Source of the DNA: Fidelibacterota bacterium
Lineage (GTDB): Bacteria > Fidelibacterota > Marinisomatia > SCGC-AAA003-L08 > D37C17
DNA: 62,528 nucleotides
Direction: 5' to 3'
Assembly: GCA_002719095.1 (NCBI GenBank)
Contig: PBGO01000024.1
Location: forward strand, 1 to 62,528
Numbering within the stretch: the stretch's first letter is position 1; each line of letters begins with the position of its first letter. The translations under genes were made by a program, and so were the position numbers. Positions 9,826 to 18,402 of this stretch are shown piece after piece. Under the pieces are notes generated by a model. The model was given only the letters and a program-made list of their open reading frames with translations, had not been told where the DNA came from and ran no database searches.

Positions 9826-10175
9826 TACTTTGTATTTTTAAATCCTATTTTTGAGGCATCTAGCAATCCTGGAAAATCAAAACCTTCTCTATCAGGGAAA
9901 TGCATTATTGTCTTAATATTACCCCAAGTTGCGAGGAATACTCCATCGATGAGCTCTTCTTTTCTTTGACTCTCAGGCAGTGGCTTCCCTTTTTTGTCAA
10001 GAGTCTTGACTTTTAAAATCCCAGGGTGCTTCAACCAAATCCCTATGTGGTCGTGACCCATTACTTTGTAGTAGCCTTCAATATCATTAATTCCTAACGG
10101 GGAAAGTTTTTCATTGAAAATAACAAATACAATGTCATTTACAATAAATTCCATTGTGTAATACTTTGAAGACAT
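9825..10175 (-). CDS. Hypothetical protein
   Basis: The ORF is tightly packed with its neighbours (1-nt overlap with csp). I recognise no motif. Confidence 0.4.
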   Translation of the reverse strand: MSSKYYTMEFIVNDIVFVIFNEKLSPLGINDIEGYYKVMGHDHIGIWLKHPGILKVKTLDKKGKPLPESQRKEELIDGVFLATWGNIKTIMHFPDREGFDFPGLLDASKIGFKNTK

Positions 10176-10182
10176 AAATGAT

Positions 10183-10719
10183 TTAATTATTTTTTTCTTT
10201 AATTTCTTTCAGTTCTTCTTCTGTATAGAGTGAGCGCTCTTTTACTCTTTCATCGAAAGCAACAAGCTCAGATATTTGAGTCCCAATAGATTTTAAATCA
10301 TTCTTGATTTGTCTAAGATCTCTATTAGTTTTTCTTTTGTATGCATCAAACAAATCAGAAACTCTTGTTATCTCTTCTTCCAATACCTTATCTTTTTGCG
10401 TAAGCCTGTCATCCATACGCTCCATTGAAAATTTTACTTGTTCAATGACGAGGTCTAAAGAATCAATTTTCTTATTATAGATATCAATATGATTTATTAA
10501 CTCTGCTTTGAGAGAATCAAGTTTGAAACCTTGGTATATCCATTTATTATCTTGTTTCTCAGTAATTTCACTAATTTTGTTTTGAGCCATCACAATCTGG
10601 TTTTGAGATTCAGTACTATCAGTAAGATTTTTTTTACTTTCTGGAATTACCATAAAAAAAAGAATACCAAGCGCTAAAAATATAAGTCCTACACAACCTG
10701 CTAAAATTCTTAATAACAT
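10183..10719 (-). CDS. Hypothetical membrane-anchored coiled-coil protein
   Basis: N-terminal TM (ILAGCVGLIFLALGILFFMVI) followed by a charged heptad-like sequence. Confidence 0.4.
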   Translation of the reverse strand: MLLRILAGCVGLIFLALGILFFMVIPESKKNLTDSTESQNQIVMAQNKISEITEKQDNKWIYQGFKLDSLKAELINHIDIYNKKIDSLDLVIEQVKFSMERMDDRLTQKDKVLEEEITRVSDLFDAYKRKTNRDLRQIKNDLKSIGTQISELVAFDERVKERSLYTEEELKEIKEKNN

Positions 10720-11034
10720 CTATTTTTGGTCTCCTTCAAGTTCTGCTAGCTTAATCTCCCAATCGGAAATTAATTGGCTAGATTTTGACTCTTTGGTTAC
10801 AGTCTTACCTTTTTTCATAAGACCGATTACAGATTGTTTTTTTTGTTCATGTTCTTTGAGTGAAGAAAAAAGTTCGTTAATTTCTTCATCAAAGTCAGTA
10901 ATAGTATTATTTAGTCTCCTAAATAACTCATCAAGAAGCAAATCACCATATTGTGAGCCAATATTACTCACAAGACTGTTTACCTTATCAGATAAGTAGT
11001 CAGAATCATTAATATCTGTTTTTTTGTTCTGCAT
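10720..11034 (-). CDS. Hypothetical acidic coiled-coil protein
   Basis: 104 aa. Its stop abuts the start of the next ORF. I recognise no motif. Confidence 0.4.
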   Translation of the reverse strand: MQNKKTDINDSDYLSDKVNSLVSNIGSQYGDLLLDELFRRLNNTITDFDEEINELFSSLKEHEQKKQSVIGLMKKGKTVTKESKSSQLISDWEIKLAELEGDQK

Positions 11035-11096
11035 ATTAAATTAATAAATCAGGAATAAATTTTAATAAAAATTAATACATAATAAAAGATAAAAAA

Positions 11097-11570
11097 TCAC
11101 TCTTTGTCTAAAATATTAATATTTTCAGAAGAAATATCATCTGAATTATTTTTCTCCTCATTGAACTTTGGATCAAAAAAATCAAAAACACCATCAGATA
11201 AGAAGTTAAATACTATTGAAATGAAAATAAAAGAAATAGCTGATAGATAATAACCCAATCCAATGAAAATTGAAGAACAAAGAAAAACACTAAATTTAAA
11301 ATTAAATTTATTTGAACTTTCTTTTTCGACAAAGAATAAAAAAGCAAAAGCTAAAGGAATTGCAAAAGTCATTATATCAGAACTATTTTCAGAAGAGTAT
11401 TGATCAATAATAGCAATGAAAGCAACAACTGACAAAGATGAAGAGGTGTAAGATTTTAAGGTTAAATGATTGTCTTTTTTTCTTAAAAAATAACCTAAAA
11501 GCAATGATACAATACCCATAAATGCAAGTTTGAAAATAAATGTCAAATAGAAACCTATGTTAGCAATCAT
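11097..11570 (-). CDS. Hypothetical polytopic membrane protein
   Basis: Four or five hydrophobic segments and an acidic tail. It shows only a weak MgtC/SapB-like pattern, not enough to call. Confidence 0.4.
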   Translation of the reverse strand: MIANIGFYLTFIFKLAFMGIVSLLLGYFLRKKDNHLTLKSYTSSSLSVVAFIAIIDQYSSENSSDIMTFAIPLAFAFLFFVEKESSNKFNFKFSVFLCSSIFIGLGYYLSAISFIFISIVFNFLSDGVFDFFDPKFNEEKNNSDDISSENINILDKE

Positions 11571-11581
11571 TAATTCCTCAG

Positions 11582-13345
11582 TTATAAATGTTTTTGAAAC
11601 TTAAATGTCGGCCAATTAAATATAGTAATTACAGGCTGTCCTAGCAAATTATAATCTGGAACAAAACCCCATGTCCTCGAATCAGCACTGTTATTATGAT
11701 TATCTCCAACCATAAAATAGTAATCATGACTTAGTTCAAAAGTTGATTTTATTTCTATTTTTTTACCATTAATTAGTATTTTATCTAAAATTTGATCTTT
11801 AATAAGTTTATCGACAACAGAATTCTGAAAGTAATCAGAACAGCTTTTTAAAGAATAAAAGTCATATGCTATATTATTAATTTTTTGTTTAAAATCAGAA
11901 TTAGTAAAATAACTTTCAATAACAATATCTAAACCAACAAATCGCGAAATATAATTTTTTGGTGCAATATTCTCAAATCTAGCGTTCTGTTCAATTCCAG
12001 CGATACTTATAAAGAAATTGTCCATAAACTCAAAATTCAATTTTTGTATATCATAATTGTCTTTAATTTGTTTAAGTGCCTTGAATTCATTTAATATATT
12101 TATTTTTGCAGAATTCATACTTTCTGGTTGAAAAAAATCTTTCTGATTGGGTTTCCCTAAATAAACTGAATTATTTAACTGAATCTTTTTTAAAACTTCA
12201 AAAAATGATGTGATTGGAATTCTATGATCTTCTAGCTCATTATTAATTTTTTGGTTTACCACATCTGAAACATTCTGTCTATTATTGGTATCCCTGGAAG
12301 TGAAAATAATAAAAATAATTGAGATTAAAATACAAAATACTGCTTGAGATATTTTTTTTTGCTTAGTGTATTTATTATTTGTACTGAACAGAACGGTGAC
12401 GGTATAAAATAAAATTAATAAAAATACTATTAATCCCGTTGAACTACTTGTTATTCCAGTAAAAAAATCTTTAATAGTTATAGATGTATTAACCATGCTT
12501 TGGTAGTCATATTTGTGAAAAGTATATCTAATGTCCGGTTCAGTCTTGAAAAAAATGGGACCTGACTGGCTTGAATTTGATAAATCTAAATCAATTTCTA
12601 TATCTTCGATTTCGATTTTGTTACCATCCAACAAAAGAAGCATCAGTGAAGAATAGAAATCTAAATCATTATCTTTTAAATCTAGTGTCATTCCCTTGTA
12701 AGGAACTTGCAATTTCAAATTATCAATATTGATAATCTCATTTACATCTAAATTTTTAGATTTTACTGGTTTGTAATATGTAAAGGGATTATTAAGACCT
12801 ATGGATGAAATTATATTTAGTATTGACTTTTCAGTACTATTGGGATGTTTGTTTTTTTCTTTGGTAAATCTCGACATTGGGGGAAATGTCAAATCATCTC
12901 TGTATTCAAGTTCATCTTCATTGTCTCCAACAAATATTAAACCATCGCGCATTTCTACGAATTGCTTAGGAAGACCAATGCACCTTTTAACATACTTAAC
13001 GTAATCATCATTAGGGAATTCAAAAATTACAATGTCACCATTTCTAATTTCTTTAAATTTAGGCAATCTCAAGTATGGAATGTAAGAGCCTAATCTTGTA
13101 AAAGGTATACCTAGCCAATTTGGTGTCCTTAAGCCATAAATGAATTTATTTCCAATAATTACGTCATTTATTTCGATTGTATCCATCATTGAACCAGTAG
13201 GGACAACGTACACTTCCAAAATAGTTGTCTTTATAAAAAAAGCAGCAAATATTAAAACAAGAAAGTTTCTGACAGATTCGGGAATTTTTTTAAGAATATT
13301 TTTGCTAATATCCAATTGCACTTCCGTTTCTGCGAGAATCAGCAA
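11582..13345 (-). CDS. lepB: Signal peptidase I with a very large internal insertion
   Basis: Catalytic boxes are PTGSMMDT (Ser), GDIVIFEFP, VKRCIGLP (Lys) and, about 420 aa later, GDNHNNSADSRTWGFVP. The N-terminal TM is LVLIFAAFFI. The start could be slightly downstream, because the ORF overlaps the ggt stop by 41 nt. Confidence 0.75.
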   Translation of the reverse strand: MLILAETEVQLDISKNILKKIPESVRNFLVLIFAAFFIKTTILEVYVVPTGSMMDTIEINDVIIGNKFIYGLRTPNWLGIPFTRLGSYIPYLRLPKFKEIRNGDIVIFEFPNDDYVKYVKRCIGLPKQFVEMRDGLIFVGDNEDELEYRDDLTFPPMSRFTKEKNKHPNSTEKSILNIISSIGLNNPFTYYKPVKSKNLDVNEIINIDNLKLQVPYKGMTLDLKDNDLDFYSSLMLLLLDGNKIEIEDIEIDLDLSNSSQSGPIFFKTEPDIRYTFHKYDYQSMVNTSITIKDFFTGITSSSTGLIVFLLILFYTVTVLFSTNNKYTKQKKISQAVFCILISIIFIIFTSRDTNNRQNVSDVVNQKINNELEDHRIPITSFFEVLKKIQLNNSVYLGKPNQKDFFQPESMNSAKINILNEFKALKQIKDNYDIQKLNFEFMDNFFISIAGIEQNARFENIAPKNYISRFVGLDIVIESYFTNSDFKQKINNIAYDFYSLKSCSDYFQNSVVDKLIKDQILDKILINGKKIEIKSTFELSHDYYFMVGDNHNNSADSRTWGFVPDYNLLGQPVITIFNWPTFKFQKHL

Positions 13346-14999
13346 CTCCCAAATATACTTTACTCTTCTTGTCGTACATTATACAATTTGCTTCTCCTAT
13401 AGTTCTTTTTTCAGCAATAATGTGTCCCATTTTATTTAACTCGTTAATTAAATTTGAATTAAATGAATTACTTTCAATAAAAATATTATTAGGTATCCAC
13501 TGGTGGTGCGTTCTTGGAGCTTCTATAGCATCTTTAAGTGGCATATTAAAATCTATTACATTAGAAATTATTTGGGCAACTGTTGTAATTATTGTAGAAC
13601 CACCTGGAGAACCAACAATTAAAAACACATCTCCATCTACATCTTCTATAATAGTTGGTGTCATTGAACTCAACATTCTTTTATTAGGCTCTATTGAATT
13701 AGCCCAACTTCCTATTAAACCATATTTATTTGGATAGCCAGGTTTGGATGAAAAATCATCCATTTCGTTGTTAAGCAGAAAACCACTTCCATCAACTGTA
13801 ATACCGGAACCATACCAACCATTTATTGTTGTGGTTACGCTAACTGAATTTCCCCATTTATCAATCACTGAGTAATGCGTTGTTTCTTCTTTCTCATTGA
13901 CATCTATGGAGATGGGATTGATTTCGTTTGAATCATTAGCTGAGCAACAGTCAATTTTATCGAACTGTTTTCGAGCATATTCGTCTGATATCATTCTTTT
14001 TAGGGGAATTTTAATAAAATCCATATCACCTAATGCTTCTGCTCTATCAGCGTATGCTATTTTTTCAATTTCAGACATATAATGAATATGTTGAGAACTA
14101 TGATATTCAATAGAATCCATATCTAAGTTTTCTAATTGATTCATTATTTCTGCTAAAACAATTCCACCTGATGAGGAAGGAGGCATTGTAATAATCTTAT
14201 GTTTTCTATATAAGAATTCAACTGGCTTACGCTCAACTGGGGAATAATTTTTTAAATCCGATTCAGATATTAAACCCCCAGTTCTATCCATACATCTAAT
14301 TATATTTTTAGCAGTTTCGCCAGTATAAAATTCTTCATATCCCCTATTTGCAATTCTGCTTAAAGTAGATGCTAAATCTTTTTGAATAAATATTTCATCC
14401 AATGTAAATCCGTCTTCTTTATAAAATATTTTTTTTGTTTCAACATCGTTGGCTAAATATTCTCTATAGTATTCGTTGTTTAAAAGAGAAAAGTTTAAAT
14501 AATCAATTTTATGTCCAAATTTAGCTAAATCTATAGATGATTTTAAAAGTGACGGCCATCTAAGCTTACCATATTTAGCATGTGCGTATCCAAAACCAGC
14601 AACTGTGCCGGGAACTCCGCTAGCATAAGCCGTGCTCCAACTCATACCTGGTATAACATCACCATTTTCATCTAAAAACATATTTTTTGTGGATAATCCA
14701 GGGGCGGTTTCTCTGAAGTCTATACTTGTTGAGGTTCCATCTGAAAACCTAATAACCATAAATCCCCCGCCTCCAATATTACCTGCCCCAGGATGAGTTA
14801 CAGCTAAAGTGAAGCCAACTGCAATTGCAGCATCAATCGCGTTACCACCATTATTCAAAATATCAACACCAGCTTGAGTTGCTAAATTATTTGAACTAAC
14901 AACCATTCCGTTTAAACCTACTGCATCAGGGAAACGACATATTATCGTACTAATTTGCAAGAAAAATAAAATGATAATTTTAAAGAATACACTTTTCAT
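13305..14999 (-). CDS. ggt: Gamma-glutamyltranspeptidase
   Basis: Signal peptide, GGGGFMVI, the autoprocessing site TTHYSVIDKWGN and GSPGGSTII are all present. Confidence 0.9.
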   Translation of the reverse strand: MKSVFFKIIILFFLQISTIICRFPDAVGLNGMVVSSNNLATQAGVDILNNGGNAIDAAIAVGFTLAVTHPGAGNIGGGGFMVIRFSDGTSTSIDFRETAPGLSTKNMFLDENGDVIPGMSWSTAYASGVPGTVAGFGYAHAKYGKLRWPSLLKSSIDLAKFGHKIDYLNFSLLNNEYYREYLANDVETKKIFYKEDGFTLDEIFIQKDLASTLSRIANRGYEEFYTGETAKNIIRCMDRTGGLISESDLKNYSPVERKPVEFLYRKHKIITMPPSSSGGIVLAEIMNQLENLDMDSIEYHSSQHIHYMSEIEKIAYADRAEALGDMDFIKIPLKRMISDEYARKQFDKIDCCSANDSNEINPISIDVNEKEETTHYSVIDKWGNSVSVTTTINGWYGSGITVDGSGFLLNNEMDDFSSKPGYPNKYGLIGSWANSIEPNKRMLSSMTPTIIEDVDGDVFLIVGSPGGSTIITTVAQIISNVIDFNMPLKDAIEAPRTHHQWIPNNIFIESNSFNSNLINELNKMGHIIAEKRTIGEANCIMYDKKSKVYLGVADSRRNGSAIGY

Positions 15000-15869
15000 C
15001 GTATTAAAATAGATTTTCTAATTGAATTTTGACTACTTGTATCATCTGAATAAATTACGTTTAACCTCACTTTCATAACAGAATCTTTTTCTTTATTTTT
15101 TTTTATAAAAGATTGCAATAAAGAAGAAGAATGTTTTTTCTTTACTGAAATTGTGAGATTATCTATACCTTTATCAAAATATCTGATGAAGGATAAATCA
15201 TTTTTGAAAGAAAATTCAACAATGTCAATCCCTTTTTTTATCAGATCAATGGCAAACTTTGTAATTATTTGCGATTCAAATTTAGAGAGTTTTTCTTGAC
15301 TATATCTCACTACCGGTTTGAAACTTTTTCTATGAATTGATGTAGCACCATAAATTTCCAGAAACTCTAAATGTCTCTTTGTACCGTAACCCTTATTTGA
15401 GGTTAATTCAAAAAAAGGATATATTTTACTGTAACTTTCGATGATTTTATCCCTGGTGACTTTTGCTATTATTGAAGCCGCTGAAATTTCAGCTATTTTT
15501 TCATCTCCTTTTACAATCGTTCTTTGCATTATATCAGTATTTAATGGCTGATTTCCATCTATCAACAATTTAGTTGGTTTTTTTTTTTAGACTATTAATT
15601 GCTATTAGCATTGATTTCTTGGTTGCATTCAAAATATTAATTTTATCTATTTCATCCTCGTTTACAATTCCTATTCCATAATCAATATTGGATTGAATTA
15701 ATTTGTTAAATATTTTAAATCTCTTAATTGGCGAAATTTTTTTTGAATCTTTTAATTCTGATACGTCTAGATCATCATTAAATACGACACAACATGAAAC
15801 TACAGGTCCAAACAATGGACCTCTTCCTGATTCATCCACTCCAGCTGTTATTTCTTTTTTTAATATCAT
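14996..15869 (-). pseudogene. rnhB: Ribonuclease HII, interrupted by a frameshift in an A11 tract; carries a roughly 100-aa C-terminal extension
   Basis: The upstream ORF (15570-15869) has GVDESGRGPLFGPVV. The downstream ORF (14996-15568) has LIDGN, ASIIAKVTRD and GYGTKRHLE. Removing one A from the run at 15578-15588 gives the continuous sequence SLKKKPTKLLIDGNQ. Confidence 0.75.
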
Positions 15870-15911
15870 AACTTTCTTTAATATAAATAAAAAAGATAAT
15901 AAATTAAACAG

Positions 15912-15988
15912 ATGTTAGGGGTGCTTAAATGCTGAGATTATACCCTATTAATTAACCTGAACTAGATAATGCTAGCGGAGGAAAACAT
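15912..15988 (+). promoter_or_regulatory. TPP (thiamine pyrophosphate) riboswitch, THI-box
   Basis: AGGGGTGCttaaatGCTGAGAttatACCCtattaattAACCTGAactaGATAATGCtAGCGGAGG matches the conserved THI-box blocks GGGGUGC, CUGAGA, ACCC and AACCUGAUCUGGAUAAUGCCAGCG. A putative P1 helix pairs ATGTT (15912-16) with AACAT (15984-88). It overlaps the first two bases of the start codon and follows the GGAGG Shine-Dalgarno sequence. Confidence 0.85.
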
Positions 15989-18401
15989 GAAAAATAATCC
16001 AATTTTTTTAATCCTATTGAGTTCTTTAGCTTTTACACAAACTTTTCAACTAGTTGATGAAAGTAACTACCCTATTACATATGCTCAAATATATAATACA
16101 AATCTTGGAATAGGATCAATTTCAGATGCTGATGGATATTTTACCATATCCTACGAAAAGTGCATCGAACTAAATATTGACTATATTGGATTTCAAAAAA
16201 AAATAATCAATACTTGTAGAGCATCAGATATTATAAGATTAATTAAATCACCACTCCCATCAAGAGAAATATCTGTTATCGGCGATTTAGGTAACTCAAA
16301 GCTCAAAAACCTCATATCAGATGTTCAATTATTTTCCAAAAATGATATTGTAAATTCAAATAAAGAAGATTTATCAGATGTCTTAAAATCATCAACAAAC
16401 CTTGCGTATTCTTCATTACATTCAAGAGTAAAATACTTTCAAATTAGAGGTATTGGCGAAATAGAACAGTTTGTCGGTCAAGCAGGTCCAAATTATTATG
16501 TAGGGACTATGATAGATGAAGTGAACCTAAGTGGTATAGGTATGCCAATTTTCTTACATGATGTTGAGCAAGTTGAAATATTTAAAGGCCCTCAATCTTT
16601 TACTGTTGGACAAAACGCTATGGCAGGATTAATAAGAGTTAATACCATTGATCCAAAAGCATTTTTTGAAAGTAAATTCAGTATAGATGTTGGTAATTAT
16701 GGTAAAAATAACTTGACTTTTATGCTCAATCAGCCATTAAATGCTAATACTGCTTTACGAGTTTCAGTTGCTAAAAATAAAGACGATGGGTTCATCTTTA
16801 ATAACTATTATGGTAAGTACTTGAATGGAAAGAATGAATTAATTTCTAATTTTAAAGTTAAATACAATAAAGCTCTTAGTTCAGGAAATTTATTCTCTTT
16901 CTCAGCAATGAGCATGCATTCAGACCTAGATAATGGTAATGATAAATGGAGTCATTCTAATTTTAATGAACTTGATGTAACAAATTTTGAAACCGATACA
17001 GATTTCATCGGGCGTGATACTTTTTTGGGTAAATCAAACATTATAAAAGGAACATTTGTTGATAATAAAAATTTCCAAAAGATTAATCTTATTTTTACTA
17101 AATCAAAATATGACTTAAACTACGATTATGATGGGGATTGGTCAAATGAAAGTCATTGGAATGATTTGTATACAAATCCATTGAGCGAAAGTTATAGTGA
17201 AAATGCTTATTCATATTGGGCATTCCCAACATTCGAATCAAGATCAAGGCATGATAACAGCATGGAATTTAAATTGTCTAAATCATTTAAAAAGCATAAC
17301 CTCATTTTTGGTATTTTCAAAAAAGAAATTACTGAACGTGATATTGGGACTGGATTTATCTTTGATTTAGGTGTTGGTTACGTTGATAATTACAAAACGA
17401 GATATTCAACTGATTATAATTCCTTTTACATACAACACACTTTATCATTAGATGATGAAAAATCACTAACACTCAATTTTAGAAATGATGATTATAATAA
17501 TGAGTTTGATTACAACTATACCTACTATGATAATAATTCATATTTAACAAGTGAATACAAAACCGATGGTCAGGTTTATAAATATTCAAATTCTATACAA
17601 AGTTTTAGAATCGGTACAAATATAGATAATTTTTATTTTTCGGTCAGCAAAGGTCATAAAGCTGGAGGAATGAATTTAAGTCCATCTTCTCTAGTCACTG
17701 CTAATAATGATACAGTAACAGTTCTTAATAATATTGATCGAAAATATGATCCTGAGACAAATATAAATTATGATATTGGTTATTCATTAAATTTTAATAA
17801 TCTAAATCTAAATCTTACTTTATTTTACATGGATAGAAAAAATGTTCAGGTAAAACTTCAAGATCAAATTGGAGATTGTCCAACATGTTACTTATTCATA
17901 ACAAAAAATATAACAGAAGCTATTAATACTGGTATTGATTTAGAATCAAGCTACAGACTTAATTCTAATTTTTTAATGTTTTTAAACTTAGGCTTGTTAG
18001 AAACTGAAAGAGCAAATTATTCGCATACAAACTATGCTGGAACAACGAATTATTATCTTAAAAGAGAGCTCTCTAATGCTCCAAAATGGAGTTTAGCAAC
18101 TGGTTTTGAATACAGTTTAAATGATTTATTTTTTTTGAGATATGATATATCTTCAAAAGATTCATACTATTACTACGATGATTTAAATGATAAGTCTTCA
18201 GTTACAACAACTCACAATATCAATTCTAGGTACATTATAGATGAAAATATTAATCTGACAATCTGGGTTAAAAATCTAACAAATAAAGTTTATCCTGCTC
18301 ATATATATAATTTTTCTCATGGTCCAGGACTTGAAGCACAGCAATGGAAATCTCCAACATTACCCATGACCTACGGTTTAAAAATAGATTATAAATTTTG
18401 A
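15987..18401 (+). CDS. TonB-dependent outer-membrane receptor (with N-terminal carboxypeptidase-regulatory-like domain)
   Basis: The signal peptide is MKNNPIFLILLSSLAFTQ. A plug-like region and about 22 amphipathic strands follow, and the C-terminus is TYGLKIDYKF (terminal Phe). I place the start at ATG 15987, 5 nt after GGAGG. The track ATG at 15969 lies inside the riboswitch. Confidence 0.8.
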   Translation: MKNNPIFLILLSSLAFTQTFQLVDESNYPITYAQIYNTNLGIGSISDADGYFTISYEKCIELNIDYIGFQKKIINTCRASDIIRLIKSPLPSREISVIGDLGNSKLKNLISDVQLFSKNDIVNSNKEDLSDVLKSSTNLAYSSLHSRVKYFQIRGIGEIEQFVGQAGPNYYVGTMIDEVNLSGIGMPIFLHDVEQVEIFKGPQSFTVGQNAMAGLIRVNTIDPKAFFESKFSIDVGNYGKNNLTFMLNQPLNANTALRVSVAKNKDDGFIFNNYYGKYLNGKNELISNFKVKYNKALSSGNLFSFSAMSMHSDLDNGNDKWSHSNFNELDVTNFETDTDFIGRDTFLGKSNIIKGTFVDNKNFQKINLIFTKSKYDLNYDYDGDWSNESHWNDLYTNPLSESYSENAYSYWAFPTFESRSRHDNSMEFKLSKSFKKHNLIFGIFKKEITERDIGTGFIFDLGVGYVDNYKTRYSTDYNSFYIQHTLSLDDEKSLTLNFRNDDYNNEFDYNYTYYDNNSYLTSEYKTDGQVYKYSNSIQSFRIGTNIDNFYFSVSKGHKAGGMNLSPSSLVTANNDTVTVLNNIDRKYDPETNINYDIGYSLNFNNLNLNLTLFYMDRKNVQVKLQDQIGDCPTCYLFITKNITEAINTGIDLESSYRLNSNFLMFLNLGLLETERANYSHTNYAGTTNYYLKRELSNAPKWSLATGFEYSLNDLFFLRYDISSKDSYYYYDDLNDKSSVTTTHNINSRYIIDENINLTIWVKNLTNKVYPAHIYNFSHGPGLEAQQWKSPTLPMTYGLKIDYKF

Positions 18402-18402
18402 T

